A stretch of DNA of 64,000 nt, taken from positions 124,001 through 188,000 of the forward strand of contig JBEWZL010000063.1 of assembly GCA_045837725.1 (NCBI GenBank). The letters are read 5' to 3'. The DNA comes from Vermamoeba vermiformis (lineage: Eukaryota). The position numbers and the translations under genes were made by a program. The notes beneath the pieces are model-generated. The model ran no database searches, was not told the DNA's origin, and was given only the letters and a program-made list of their open reading frames with translations. This document shows, one piece after another, positions 45,731 through 59,622 of this stretch (position 1 is the stretch's first letter; each line of letters opens with the position of its first letter).

Positions 45731-47731
45731 ATGATGCTTCACCAGTTGCAAAATGTATTAGTCCCTTCCGAATTAATAGAAAACTCTCCTTCTCGCGTAG
45801 ATGGGGTTGATGCGGAGACAGAGGTGAAGCTGCGAATATTTGGCTGCGAATTAATTCAAGAAGCTGGAATATTATTACAATTGTAAGTGAACTTGTTGGC
45901 GCGGCTCTTTCGACCAGTAAATTAATTTAATATTTAGGCCGCAAGTTGCAATGGCCACTGCGCAAGTTTTATTCCACAGATTTTATTTTAGACGATCATT
46001 TAAATCGTACGACGCAAAGGTAGAATTTTTTTGTGGCCACTGAAGAAAGTACTAATTTTTTTCTTTTCCTTTTCTTCCAGATGCTGGCCATGGCCGCTTT
46101 ATTCTGTGCTGCAAAAGTAGAAGAACATCCTAGAAGGTCGAGAGATATTATCAATGTTTTTAATCGAATCGACGAAATACGGAAAGGAATTAAAACACAT
46201 CAGCCGATCGACTTCACGCGACAGGTAAGCAATAATTGCTTCTATCGAAACGCGACATACTCACGTGCGTTTCGTAGAAATATGTAGATATGAAGAATGA
46301 ACTCATTCGGCAGGAGCGACATCTGCTCAAAGAGCTCGGATTCAATGTGTTCGTAGAGCACGCACACAAATTTATCGTGAACTATTTGGGTGTACTCGCA
46401 CTTAGCAATAACAAAGAGTTGGCACAACTAGCTTGGAATTACTTAAATGACAGGTAATACTCAAGTTCTTTGACGGCATCTGCAATACAAAATATCTTAA
46501 TCTTTGAATAACTTGCGGGTGACTTCTCGTGCGGCGTGCATATATTTAACATCGTAATCTAATACACTTTTTTAGGCCCTTATTGGGTAATTAATAACGC
46601 TAAACCAAACATTTGGCCGTCACAGGCTTATCTTAATAACAATCCTAAATTAACTCGGAACTCAACTGCACTGCTCTCCATGATCGATTCTTGCCCTATG
46701 TGCCCGCGTGCATGTGAGATATCACTTCTAGATATATAGGGCCTTATGTTAGGTAGTTGTGGTCGGTTTAACACGCGACAACGACTAGATCTGATTTTAG
46801 GTTACTCTCGACCATTGGAATACGTCTGACATGCCAACGTGTGTACATTGGGCAGAATATCGATATGGAGAGGCTTTGCAGTTGTTTCCGACATTTCCTT
46901 TCCTGTTTACACCACGGATTTGGATCCAGCGCTAACGAACATTCTTTTCTAGTTTGCGGACAATTGTGTACCTAAAATTCCCTTCAGAAGTCATAGCCAC
47001 AGCAGCGATATATATGGCCGCTAGAATGTTGCAAATTCCTTTGCCAGAGAGTCCTGCCTGGTGGGAACTTTTTGACGCGACCAAAGCTCGTAAGTTTTTT
47101 GTAACGGCTATATTTTGTGACCTGAATTGACCTTTGCCACAGAGCTAGACGAAATTGCATGGCACATTACACGGCTATATAGCTTGCCATCAATGACGCG
47201 TTACACCTCGAGCACACAGATCTTGACGGGCAATGATGAGGTAAGATCTCGATCGAGCCGCGAATAAGCTTTCCCGATGTTACTAGGATCCCCTTGTTAT
47301 CACCAACACCGAGCCACGTTGCCTTCTTTAACATTCTTATGCTCACGTGCTTGTTCGATTGTCTAACCCTTTTTTCTTAGCCTCCCAGCACGGGATCGGA
47401 TGTGCCCAGCCCGCATGCAGAGAGATACAGTGACGACAGAAACGGCTCAAGCAGAGGTCGTGACTCAAGGAAGAGGACTCGTAGTCGCAGTCGTAGTCGT
47501 GATGACCACAAGCGCAGAAAGACATCTAGATCGCGCAGTCCTCGACGGGATTCACGACGCAGAAGCCGTTCTCGTGATCGATATTCTCGTGAGAAAGATC
47601 GTGGTCGCGATTCTCGTCGTAGCCGTAGTCGAGACAGAAACAGAGACAGAGATAGACGAAGAAGTAGAAGTCGTAGTGGCGACAGATACAGATCGAGCAA
47701 ACGAGATTCAAGCAGAGAGCGACGCCGATAA
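45731..47731 (+). CDS. CCNL1: Cyclin L, multi-exon
   Basis: SPSRVDGVD..FGCELIQEAGILL, PQVAMATAQVLFHRF, KVEEHPRR, LKELGF, AWNYLND|SLRT and a C-terminal RS domain. Confidence 0.93.
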
Positions 47732-47913
47732 ACACCTTTTGTGAATACAATAAAATTTTGACTTGTCGATATATTATCCCTATTGTCTTTCGCGACTACT
47801 TATTGAGCACAAGGGTTACTTTTGGGTTGCCTCCAATTAATTGTTTGTGTGACTAAACCAAAGTAACAGCACCAGTGACCAGCTTGTATATAATAACAGG
47901 AGATTAATACAAC

Positions 47914-49029
47914 ATGTCGGTTACTATTCGAAGAGCTACAGTAAGTTTAAACGAAATCCAGCGTTGGCCGGATCTGACGACTATAATCGTGTCATAACGA
48001 TGCTATACGTTCAAAAAAAATATTATAAATTATGTATATCATATACGGCGCATTTGTGATATTATCTAGATTTATAGTGGCTGAGTTATTTTTAATCCAG
48101 GTTGACGACCTTTTCGAGATGCAGAAGGCCAACTTGACCTGCTTGCCCGAAAATTATCAAATGAAATATTATTTATATCACTTATTGACTTGGTAAGCGA
48201 AAAACGATCACTATTCGCAAAATAATTTTTCATTATTTTTAATATTATTATTGAAGGCCACATTTGTCTCAAGTTGCTGAAGATTACAAAGGACACATTG
48301 TTGGATACGTTCTTGCAAAAATGTAAGCAACCAATAGCTATTCTTAAAAAAATTAACAACAATTCGAGTCTTCTGTACAATTGGCTCGATGCTGCGGGTC
48401 CAAGGATATTACATAGCGGGCAGTTACTAACATTACTATATTAGGGAGGAGGACTTGAAGCCCGGAGATCAACCTCACGGTCATATTACTTCACTCGCAG
48501 TTATGAGGACACACCGAAAGATGGGTTTGGCCTCATTATTGATGAATCAAGCCAGTATCCTAATTCGACCTAAATACTTTATTCTTAATATACACAGTTC
48601 ATATATTATTATCCTTAATGAAAAAATCTTAACAGTTGAGGCTATGATTGAGAATCACGGTGCTGAATATGTTAGCTTACACGTGCGACGAGGAAACAGA
48701 GCTGCGTTGGGATTGTACAAAGATGTCTTAGGATTCGAGTAAGTGTATAAAAATAGAATAGAACAGACCTATATTTAGATATGGACTAGTATACTAATTT
48801 GCGTGTAATAGGGTTTCTGATATTGAGGCTCAATATTATGCTGACGGCGAAGACGCTTATGCCATGGTAAGTCTTAAATAATGAGATAAAGGCGAACCTA
48901 ATCGACCTATATGATTGATATATGACGTATATTATCGTCGCATGGTTATGTATGTAGATCTAACGATGCTTTTAGAAAAAATTGTTCAAGAAAAGGGATG
49001 AGGCCAAGACTGAAGAAAAGAAGAACTAA
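47914..49029 (+). CDS. NAA10: N-alpha-acetyltransferase 10 (NatA catalytic subunit, ARD1)
   Basis: [57 protein letters not shown]. Confidence 0.96.
48555..48635 (+). other. Candidate U12-type intron in NAA10
   Basis: 5'SS GTATCCT, branch-like TCCTTAAT and TCTTAAC just before the AG, 81 nt, phase 1. Confidence 0.75.
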
Positions 49030-49398
49030 AGTATCAATATCATTATGTTAGCACGAGAATAATAAACGAGGCTAAAGGTATAAGACGTCGAATGTCTCCT
49101 AAGCGTCCAGTACGGTGCGAATCCAGATCTAGCTGCGATCTTGAAAAAAAATCGGTCGTTCCTTCAGGTTTGCGGCAAGGTCGAATTTCTATTATTTTAA
49201 GGACTACCGCTAGGAAAATATCTTCTGGTAACTTAATTTGTGGGCAATTAAGTCGGGACACGTCGCGCGAATAATTTTTTGTCGTTATTTTCTGTTTCAA
49301 TTTCAACGTTCATTTTCAAAGGAGTAGCCAACACCTCCGGCAACAAAACATAGTGTTTATATTTGTTTATATAGATATATAGTATTTGTACATAGAGA

Positions 49399-52300
49399 AT
49401 GTTGCGGGCTGGTGGTAGGTTTACAATTTTCATAATAACGCGACATCTCGTTCCAAATTAATTTATTTATTAAACGAGTGCCGCCATAAATTGCATTATA
49501 TAATATTAACTCCAATATCATTCTTGATATTTGAAAATTTTTTCATTTATTCTGAACTCAACTTTGGATGCGCTCGAATTAATGAAATTAATAAAATAGG
49601 TAAAATTGTTCCTAGAATATTAAAGTCAAATAATATTAGCCGGACGACTACTGCGGCTTTCAGCACTCAGATAGCGCAGAGAAAATTGTCCACATCCGAT
49701 CTTGTGACGAAGCAAAGAGGCAGTTCAGCAACGCGTAGCGGTAGATATAACAATATTAATAACACGAATGGCGCGAGTATATTCAGCGGAGCATCGTCGC
49801 TAACTACATCCGTCGTTTACCAAGAGAAATTCGATAGACTAGTAAGTAATCCACTTTATTTTATTATTTTGTGGACATTATTTTGCATTCAATACTTTAA
49901 TGCGATTAAAATTATCAACTAGCAACGGCATACGTTTTGGCCAGTCTACCGAAATTTTATTTTAATATTTTATTGAAATCAATATTTAATTGCAGTGCCT
50001 CTAATAATAGAGGATATGCATAGTTTTACACGTCGTTTATCCATATTCTAGTAACTTCCTTATTGTTATGGAAATTTCAATAATTTTCTAAACACAATTC
50101 CACGCGCTGAGAGAACAACACTAATATTTTTATTTTTAATATAGGACCGTAGATTTATCGCAAATTCTAAGCACAATAACAATGATGAAGTTCTTGAAGC
50201 CGAAGAAGCCGAAGAAACAATTCAAACATCGGGACAATACGCAGGCAAAAAACCAGTGACAGTGCCTAAAAAAGTTGCCGTATTGCCTCTATCAGACGTG
50301 CCTATTTATCCTAATGGTATGCAAAGGGCAAAAATCTCAATTTATAAATCATAAACTAATTTAATGTAAAATTAGGCATCAAAGTGTTGAGCTATGATGT
50401 GATGCATTTGGACGCCTTGAAAAAAATCAAGCGTGACGGAACTAAAGTAGGATTGTTCTTAATGACGGCTAGAGACAGTCCAGCGAACCCAACGCAGTTA
50501 AATCAAATTCGCAAAGTCGGAGTATTAGCAGAGATTAAGGACATAACCTTGGGCGAGAAATACGCGCAAGTGATGTTCATGTCACATTCGCGCATTAAAG
50601 CCACTTCCGTCGTGCGTCACCCTAATGACACCACGATGCACGTGAATATTGTGCCCTTCGAAGACGATCCTGTAGACTCTGCTGACGAGACTATCAAGGC
50701 TTACAGTTTCGAGTTGATTTTCACGTACAACAAGATCGTGGAAACCTTGAAACGCGAGGGCGCAGTGTAAGTTTAATCAGATATCCATCCATTATTGCAT
50801 AATGCTTATACTTGCTTGTTAGTATGTCTCGCTTGTTGTTCATTCCCGACCGAGAAACTTTGTTCAAAGAACCCGCAAACACTTCATTCATCATCCCCGA
50901 AGTTATTGCCTCTGCTATGCCTCACCCCTCGAACGCCGATAAATTAATTGAAATTTTGGAGTGCAACAATTTGAAGGAGAGATTGGAGCTGGCGCTTAGA
51001 TTCGTCAAGTTCAAATACGAGCTGATTCACACGGACCACGAAGTCTCAGAGTACGTTTGCTTCAGATACTTTTTTTATCCTGTAGTTTAACATGTTTTTC
51101 TCGTCCAGGAAAGTCAAGCACCAGTTGAGCGAGACAAACAGAAAGTTCCAGGCCAGCGAGCGAATCAAGGTCATCAAGGGCGAACTCGGTGCTAAGGGCG
51201 ATGAAAAGAGCAAAGTTATTACCAAGTTCAAAGAAAGACTTGCAAAATACACCGTGCCTGAACACGCGATGACTGTCATCAATGACGAAATGGTACGCTG
51301 ACTATCTTGGCTAAAATGACTGAAACTAATGTACGGTTTTTAGACCAAATTGAGCAACTTGGAACAATCGTCCGTCGAGTTCCACGTGACCAAGAACTAC
51401 TTGGATTGGTTGACTAACATTCCTTGGGGCGTGTACTCCCAAGAGTCGTTTGACTTGTTGAAGGCCGAAACGATCCTCGATGAAGATCACTATGGCTTGC
51501 AACACGTCAAAGAGAAGATTTTGCAGTTCATCGCAGTCGGTGCTATGAAGAACTCAGTGCAAGGCAAGATCATTTTGTTGGTCGGCCCGCCTGGTGTTGG
51601 CAAAACCAGCATTGGCAAGTCAATTGCGCGCAGCTTAGGTCGTGAGTTCTATCGCTTCTCTGTCGGTGGAATGAACGACGTGGCTGAAATCAAGGGTCAT
51701 CGTCGTACCTATGTTGGAGCTATGCCCGGCAAGATCATTCAAGCCCTCAAACGCACTCAAACATCAAATCCTGTCATTCTGATCGACGAGATTGATAAGA
51801 TGACCAAGCACTGGCGAGGAGACCCTTCATCAGCTTTGCTTGAAGTGTTGGATCCGGAACAGAACTCTGGTTTCTTGGACCACTACATGGACGTTCCTTA
51901 TGACCTGTCAAAGGTGCTCTTCATTTGCACGGCTAATCTTCAAGACACGATTCCTGGACCATTACTTGACCGTATGGAGGTCATTCGTTTGAGCGGCTAC
52001 GTGCTCGAAGAAAAGATGGAGATTTTGAACAAGTAAGTTGACATCACTCGCTTCTCGTAATAAGCCATATTAATTGCTGTAGGTACTTGATTCCTACCAC
52101 GTTGAAAGAGACTGGTTTGAAGCCCGAACAAGTCACTGTTACTCCAATGGCAGCCCAAGAATTGATCCAATCTTATTGCCGTGAAGCTGGTGTTAGAAAC
52201 CTTCAACAAAAGATTGAAAAGATCTTCCGTAAAGTCGCTTTGCAGATCGTTCAAGGCGAAACTGATCACGTGGTTATCACCAAAGAAAACTTGCAGAAGT

Positions 52301-53115
52301 ACGTCGGCAAGCCTGCCTTCAGCACAGACAGATTCTTCGAAGAGACACCTCTTGGTGTTGTCATGGGTTTGGCCTGGACTGAGATGGGTGGCGCTACTTT
52401 ATACGTCGAATCGAGTGTCGATAAGTTCGGTAGCAAGCCTGGTTTGCGAAGGACAGGCAAGATGGGTGAAGTTATGAAAGAAAGCTCCGAGATCGCGTAC
52501 ACTTACGCCAAGGCTCACTTGCTGCGACACAGTCCTGCCAACAGATTCTTTGAATCAGTAAGTAGATCTTACCATTAATACCGTACTCGAGCTAATATGA
52601 CGTGTCTAGGCCTCAATGCACATGCACATTCCTGCTGGCGCGACACCTAAAGATGGACCTTCTGCAGGCATTACAATGGTCACTTCATTGCTCTCTTTGG
52701 CTCTTAACAAACCAGTCAAGAAGGATCTCGCTATGACTGGTGAAGTCACTATCACTGGCAAAGTTCTGCCTATTGGTAAGTCATCATAAGTGCGCGGATC
52801 GCGCGATCTAGAAATCGCCCGAACACACTTAGTCGCAGTCAGTTTATGCATAGATTCTAATATGAATGTTTAGGTGGTGTTAAGGAAAAGACAATTGCTG
52901 CTAAGAGATCCGGTGTAACCACCTTGATCTTCCCTACAAGCAACAAGAAAGATTTTGAAGAGTTGCCGGACTATATTAAGAAGGACCTTGAAGTTCATTA
53001 TGTATCTCATTATGATGAGGTATTTAAGGTCGCTTTTCAACAATCTCCGCCGACGCAAGCAAGCACAGCTGCTCCACCAAAGACTCGACGATCCACGAAG
53101 CAAATCAGCATATAA
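49399..53115 (+). CDS. LONP1: Mitochondrial Lon protease, multi-exon
   Basis: Targeting-like N-terminus, [10 protein letters not shown], Walker [38 protein letters not shown] and GGVKEK catalytic dyad. Confidence 0.95.
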
Positions 53116-53267
53116 TTAATCAAATAATCGCTATTCCACTAAACAATGTACATTTTTGGCTGAAAGAACAAGCCGCGCAAATAAAATTGTTAATAGTTTC
53201 ATAAATTTTTGGCGCTCGATCTGACCGTTTAATTTTTGAACTTCAGTCGAGCGACCACACCTCACTA

Positions 53268-54994
53268 ATGAGCTCAGAAGAACTTAAAACATTACTTGAC
53301 GGCAAGTATTGGAACAGGGCCGACTTTGAGCATCGAGATACACGAGGCTTGAGAGCCAAGCAGGAACCCTTTGAAAGTCCGACGAAGATCAGAGCTTCTC
53401 CAAAAAAGAGCGGCCGCGTGGTAAATCCTAAGACCGAGGAAGAGAAAGAGGCGTAAGTTTCATATTTTTAAATGAACAAGTAAATTAATCCAATGATTTT
53501 TTTCGAATCTGTCAATCCATACCCGGAATTCACAAAAAATTATGCAGTTACCAAATAATACCTTTCAACAAATTAATTGACACTAATTTAACGATATTTA
53601 GTATCCGAAAGAAAAGGCAAGCTGCGCGCGAAGCTTTGCAGAAAAGTCTCAATGCAAAGCATTCGCTCAAAGAACGACAGGCGCAACTTGAATCTCGCGG
53701 TTTTGAGATATTCCGTGGGATTATCCTTGGTGTGCGCAAGACCGAGATCGATCTCTGCACAAAACGTAAGTGACGAGCCACGTAACCCAGCCTTAACCAA
53801 ACAATTTTTAGATATCGACGTACAAGCCGTGCTTAATGTTGGCGACGACACAAAAAATCACTATGAAAATGAGTACGAGTGCCACCACGTGCCCATCAAG
53901 GAGGTTGATTTCATCGAGCTTGAGACGTTGCTGCAAGCTCTCAATTTTCTCAGATCTTGTTACGAGACGAACAAATCCGTGCTTGTCTTCGACAAAACAG
54001 GAACCAGGTAATATACTCCCTAGGTAAACATTGAGGGCATATCTAATTCATACTGTACAGAGCATTGGCAATTGTCCTAGGTTTCGCGATTGCGCTGTTT
54101 AAAATGACGTTCGAACAAGCGCTTGATCACGTGCACAAGATCATTGGTAATGACCTGATCACGCTCAGAGACAATTTCAAGCCGTGCATTCAGAGCTGGG
54201 AAGATGCTCTTGGTGCTGTTGACAATTTCGACGACGATGATGATGTTCAAGCTGAGGAGCAAAATGAGCCCGAAGAGGCTGAACTTGATATGGACGCTAT
54301 TGAAGAGGACGAGCCCATACCTGCCGATGAGGACATGTCTTTGTAAGTAGCCAATACATTCTCATATGTCAAGCGCTAACAAACCTTGTGCAGGTTCAGC
54401 GTGGATCCCGATCTGCTTGCAGAAAGCACATCAATCCGTAACAACAACAACAACGACAACAATACCAACGAGAGAAAGAGAAAGCGATCTAGCGAAGAGG
54501 AAGATGACAGCGAAGTTTACTCTAATCAAGCTAAGAGATTGAAAGTGGATCTGACAAAGGCTATCAAACGAGAGCTGAATCAGTCTACTGCCTCGATTCA
54601 GATCAGCTGCGAAGAGGACGCCGGTATGACCATCAACACTACGTCATTGCAAATCAGTGAAGAAGAGGAAGCGGACAGCAAGGCCAGTGTCATCGTCGAG
54701 ACTAAGCCGTTACAATTGGTTCTGAGCAGCGAGAGCAAAGAAGAGCCATTCGACAACCAGTCCATGAGCAGTAGCAGCACTGCATCGATCTTCGCCAAGT
54801 TCAAGTTCGCGGGATTGAAAAAGTACGCCAAAGCCTTTGAACAGTCCGGATACGACGATCTGGACTACCTGATCGAGCTTATGGATGACGAAGCCGAGTT
54901 CAACAAAATGCTTACGGTTTGCGGCGTCGATAAACCTGGTCACGTGGATCAGTTGAAGAAGTCCTTACTGGCATTGAAAAGTCAGAGCAAGTAA
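53268..54994 (+). CDS. Dual-specificity-phosphatase-like (probably inactive) protein with C-terminal SAM-like domain
   Basis: GIILGV..VQAVLNV..HHVPI..ALNFL..SVLVFDKTGTR|ALAIVLGF..FEQALDHV. C-terminal GLKKYAKAFEQSGYDDLDYL..GVDKPGH. Confidence 0.72.
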
Positions 54995-55208
54995 TAAGTG
55001 AAAAGATCCAGAAGCTTTAAATTTCAAATATTCTTCTTGTATATTTTTATTGTATAAATATGGGTACTAATAATTTGTGTTCGTAGATGCTACATCTTTC
55101 TAAATTTGTCCGTACAGACTTCCTTTTTGGTACCGTAAAATTGCTGCAAAACATAGCATTTCTTAATGCTACAATTATTTTATTTACCATCGATCGCAAG
55201 TAACAACG

Positions 55209-57445
55209 ATGACGAGGATTTTGGTTATTTTTTTTGCGTACTGTTGCTTGCTGCATTTTGGTAATTGCTCGATCGATCAAACTCAGGTCGGCGCGCTCAA
55301 AGATTTAGGTGTTGCCTTCAATATTCCTGAATATGCAAATGTCACGCTGATAACAGCTTGCAAGCTGCCCGGAGTAACCTGCTCGGTCAGCGTACCTCGC
55401 ACCCTTGGATCTTTGTAAGTTTCTCGATTATAATTTTTTCATTGTGTCTATTAAGGTGACGGATAAAATTATTATATAAATACATCTGCGATAATATTAT
55501 ACAGCGCATCTGTTAATGTACACTTTAATCTGAATTAATTTTGATCGCATTCGTTTTAGGTCACTCAGCGGGCTTAATGTTAGTGGCTCCTTACCCACTT
55601 CCATTGGAAATTTGGTAGACCTCAAGAATTTGTATGTGGAATACGATTCCAGCAATATCCTGGACCAAGTAATTTTCGGTTCTTGTGGATCCGAATTGGG
55701 TTCTTGGAAGTGGTGCATTAATTGATTCTTTATTAGGGACCTTAGCGACAATTACATTACCGGAACTGTTCCGTCAACTATTGGCAATCTTTTAGGGCTT
55801 ACTTTATTGTAAGTACAAACTTCGACCAAATCCACATCCACATTCCAATTATTCGGTTCATTACTATAGGAGATTGGATAGCAACAAATTCACCGGAGAA
55901 ATACCTTCATTGTCTTTACTATCAAATCTGACAGTGTTTCGGGCTGATTTCAACAACTTCAACGGTTCTCTTCCGGACTGGCTCGGCAGCTTAACTAAAC
56001 TGACCGTATTGTACGTAGAAAACTTTTCAAATAATCGTTGTAAGACTTTAATACTAACTTCAAGCCTTTTCTTGCCGTACAGAGTCTTGGGCAATAACAA
56101 ATTCGTAGGAGAATTGCCCAGCACATTAGCGAACTTAAAATCGCTTACAACGCTTCAAATAGAGGATAACAATCTTGATGGAACATTGCCGTCTTGGTTA
56201 GGCGACATGTCAGCCGTTCAAGAATTGTGAGTTACCCCCAGTTTTGAAGCACTTTCCTAATAAGGAAATTTAGGAGCTTAAACGGGAATAACTTCATGGG
56301 AACAATACCGCCGAGCATTGAGAACCTGAAGAATTTGACGACATTGTAAGTCTTGCTAAGTTAGTACCAGTCTCGAAAAGTACTAAGTCACCGTAGAAAA
56401 TTATCCAACAATCTTCTCAACGGAACGATTCCTTCATTTGCGGGCAACACACAACTGCAAAATTTGTGAGTATCACATTGATTAGAGTCTTACGAGCTGT
56501 TGCACTTACTTTTTGCGACCGTAGAATTCTGAGCAATAACCGCTTCACTGGTACTATTCCTGCGTTCACTCAATCGGTCATGTTCTGGCTGTAAGTCATT
56601 AGTAACTGTTTTTTCATCGTGATAATGATTGATTGACTCGTCGCAGGATTTTGGACGGCAACAAATTGTCCGGAACAGTTCCGAAGCTTCCTAACTCAAT
56701 GACGCTACTGTATGTCTATAGTTATAGTCATCATGATACTAATATCCTTTATAAGGCAATTTCAAAACAACGTCGGTCTGTCGGGATGCTTCAGTCAAAA
56801 TTTTACGCTGCTAGTCGGATGCTCAGTATACAACACGAGCTTATGCTGTGCGCCTGAGCGATGCAAAGGAGATCTTGCAAAATGTACGTACGATGGTAAA
56901 GCCGTCATTGATATCTGATTGGTTCTGTTTTAGGTGTTATTACCGATGACACACAAATTGAAGGTGAGGTTGTTGTCACGTCAGTCGAGTTTTCAGCGAA
57001 TTCTTCGGTGACAATGACGCCGGGATCAGCTATTTACATTAATGGTAGCGAGTGCCCAGATTTCAGCGGAGATTTGGTGGTCGAAGTGGATTTCAGTCAA
57101 CTTGATCCAACGGACGAAGTCGACTTGATGACGTATGCGTGTTACACGGGGAAATTTGACACCGTTAATCTCGTGTATGAAAATCAAGGCGAATGTGATC
57201 GAGCGGAGGTCGTTTATGAAAACACCAAGTTGACACTTTTGGTGACACCTTCGGACACGTGTCAGCAAGGTCAACCAGGCTTACCTGATTATGCCATAGC
57301 ACTAATAATATGTTTGCCTATTGTCGTGGCAGCAGCGATCGTTGTGCCTATAATGATTGTCAGGCGTAACAAACGACGAGCAGATGAAGCAATGATTAGT
57401 TCACGAGTGAGAACCCAATCAGGAATTCACTCGCGAACGGTCTAG
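55209..57445 (+). CDS. LRR receptor-like membrane protein (plant-type LRRs, TM, short cytoplasmic tail)
   Basis: Signal peptide, repeated LxxNxFxGxIPxx units, TM IALIICLPIVVAAAIVVPIMIV followed by RRNKRR, no kinase domain. Confidence 0.88.
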
Positions 57446-57875
57446 CTTGCTAGTGTAATTTTCGGAAAATTGTACAATAAAATTAAACTAATTTAAAAAT
57501 TTTAAAATGCACGCGATCTGCCCACTCTTACCTGAATCTGGGAACCGTATTGCAGTGCCAATATATGCAATGTAAATTTGCAATAACAACGTGGCGATAT
57601 CTCCTGGGTTAAACGTTCGATCTCGAGGAAGATTCGATCCGGATGGTTTTGGAGGTAAGAGTAGCGCCACTAGTGATATAATCCAATACCAAGTTTCTCC
57701 GAGTAGAAGATTCCATTGTCCGTATTAAAGAAAATACTTCGGCAAATCGGTGCAACTCGTATCAACAAATATCCATAATTCTCCGTTTGGCCGAAGTTTC
57801 CAACATAAAATCAGGAGACCGCGTCCGTCATCATTCAATTAAACCAACATTGAGAACACAACTCTTGCACTAACA

Positions 57876-59521
57876 ATGGCTGAGCAAAAACAACAAAAGA
57901 AATTGAAGTACCGAAATCTGGGCAGCACCGGTTTAAAAGTGTCCGAGATCTGCTTAGGTAATGAATTAAAAATCGGAATTAAATTATAAAATATGCTAAA
58001 TACGATATTAGGCGCGATGACTTTCGGTCCTAGCTCTTGGAACATGCCTACAACGGATGAAGGTAAGACGAAAAAATTTTCAGTGAACTTAAATTAATTT
58101 CCTTACCCCCAGAATCCAGTTTCAAAATTATGGATCGATTCGCTGAGCTTGGAGGCAATTTTATCGATACTGCCGATATTTATGGTCCTTTCCATTCCGA
58201 GCAAATTGGTAAGTAACATCCGGATCGAGTTAGCTCCTTGTCAAATATTAAATTAATTATAAATATGCTAGTTGGTAATTGGCTGAAGACTAAGAAGCGC
58301 GACGACTTTGTTATTGCAACAAAATTCCGCAACTCAGTCGGTCCTGGTCCCAACGATAAGAGCGCATCCAGAAAGCACATTATGGCATCAGTCGAGGCGT
58401 AAGAATTATTAATATTTATTAAGGACCTTCAAACCGCAATATTTTCTTGAATTGCAATGGCTTTAAACAAAAAAATCTCAGTTTGCAGTTAGATCTAAAT
58501 CCAGTCGTTTCTTCATAATCGCTATACATTATATTAATTCTATAATAATTCAGGTCTTTAAAGAGATTACAAACGGATTACATCGATTTGTACCAGATCC
58601 ACCTTTGGGATGCCAGCACACCACTCCTCGAGACTCTGACCACTTTGAACGACCTCGTGCGTGTAGGAAAAGTGCGTTATATTGGTGCCAGCAACTATAA
58701 TGGTTGGCAATTGCAAAAGGCAATCGATTTGAGCAAGCACATCGGTTTGGAACGTAAGTATTAAGATCAGCATCTCGCTTGGCGAGACATTTTTTCAGTG
58801 ATTTCAATCGAATGACAAGCAAATCGCAAGTTTTATATTGCTATGTAATTATGTAGTGTTATTAATATCGTATCATATGACAGAGTACGTCAGCTTGCAA
58901 CAACAATACTCGTTGCTCGAGCGAAACTCCGAGAATGAGGCCTTTGAAGTCTGCAAGAACGAAGGACTCGGTATCTTGCCTTGGTCTCCTTTGAAGGGTA
59001 AATAATCGATGGAGAAAAGATTAGGTTGAAAGAAACATTTGATGACATTTTGACACTTTGACAGGTGGACTTTTGAGCGGTAAATATTCTCGCCAACACG
59101 ACGTATCGAGCGATGCTAGCTCTAGAGTTGCTTGGGCCGAGAAGATCGGTTGGTCTCAAACTAACTTCTCCCGTTGGAACAACGACTTTACTTGGAATGT
59201 CATTGACAAGGTACCCTCGAACACGACCAACTTTGACCACAGTTTTCTCGTACTAATTGATATTTGCAGATCGAAGAAGTTGCGAAGGAAGTCAACAAGA
59301 GCGCGGCACAAGTGTCACTTCGCTGGTTGCTGCACAAACCAGCCGTGTCATCAGTGATCATTGGTGCCAAGACCGTGCAACAACTTGAAGAGAACATTGA
59401 AGCTGGTTTGTTCACTTTGACTGACGCACAAGTCGCTGCTTTGGACAAGGCCTCTACTCGTCCCTTGGACTACCCTTACGACATGATTTTGGCTGGTAAT
59501 TCACCTGGCTTCTTTGAATAG
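57876..59521 (+). CDS. Aldo-keto reductase (copy 2), multi-exon
   Basis: Same motifs and intron positions as 18677-20206. Confidence 0.95.
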
Positions 59522-59622
59522 ACTCATTGGTTTTAAAATATTTTTTTTGACGAAATAAAATCAATTCCACGTAGAGCGAATTGATTCTATATTGTTGTAA
59601 TGTAGTCACTCGATCGAGATTG

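Noticed and set aside
47377-47744. Extra ORFs over the cyclin L 3' end, and similar ones at 8757-9032
   Set aside because: Alternative-frame or antisense readings of RS repeats
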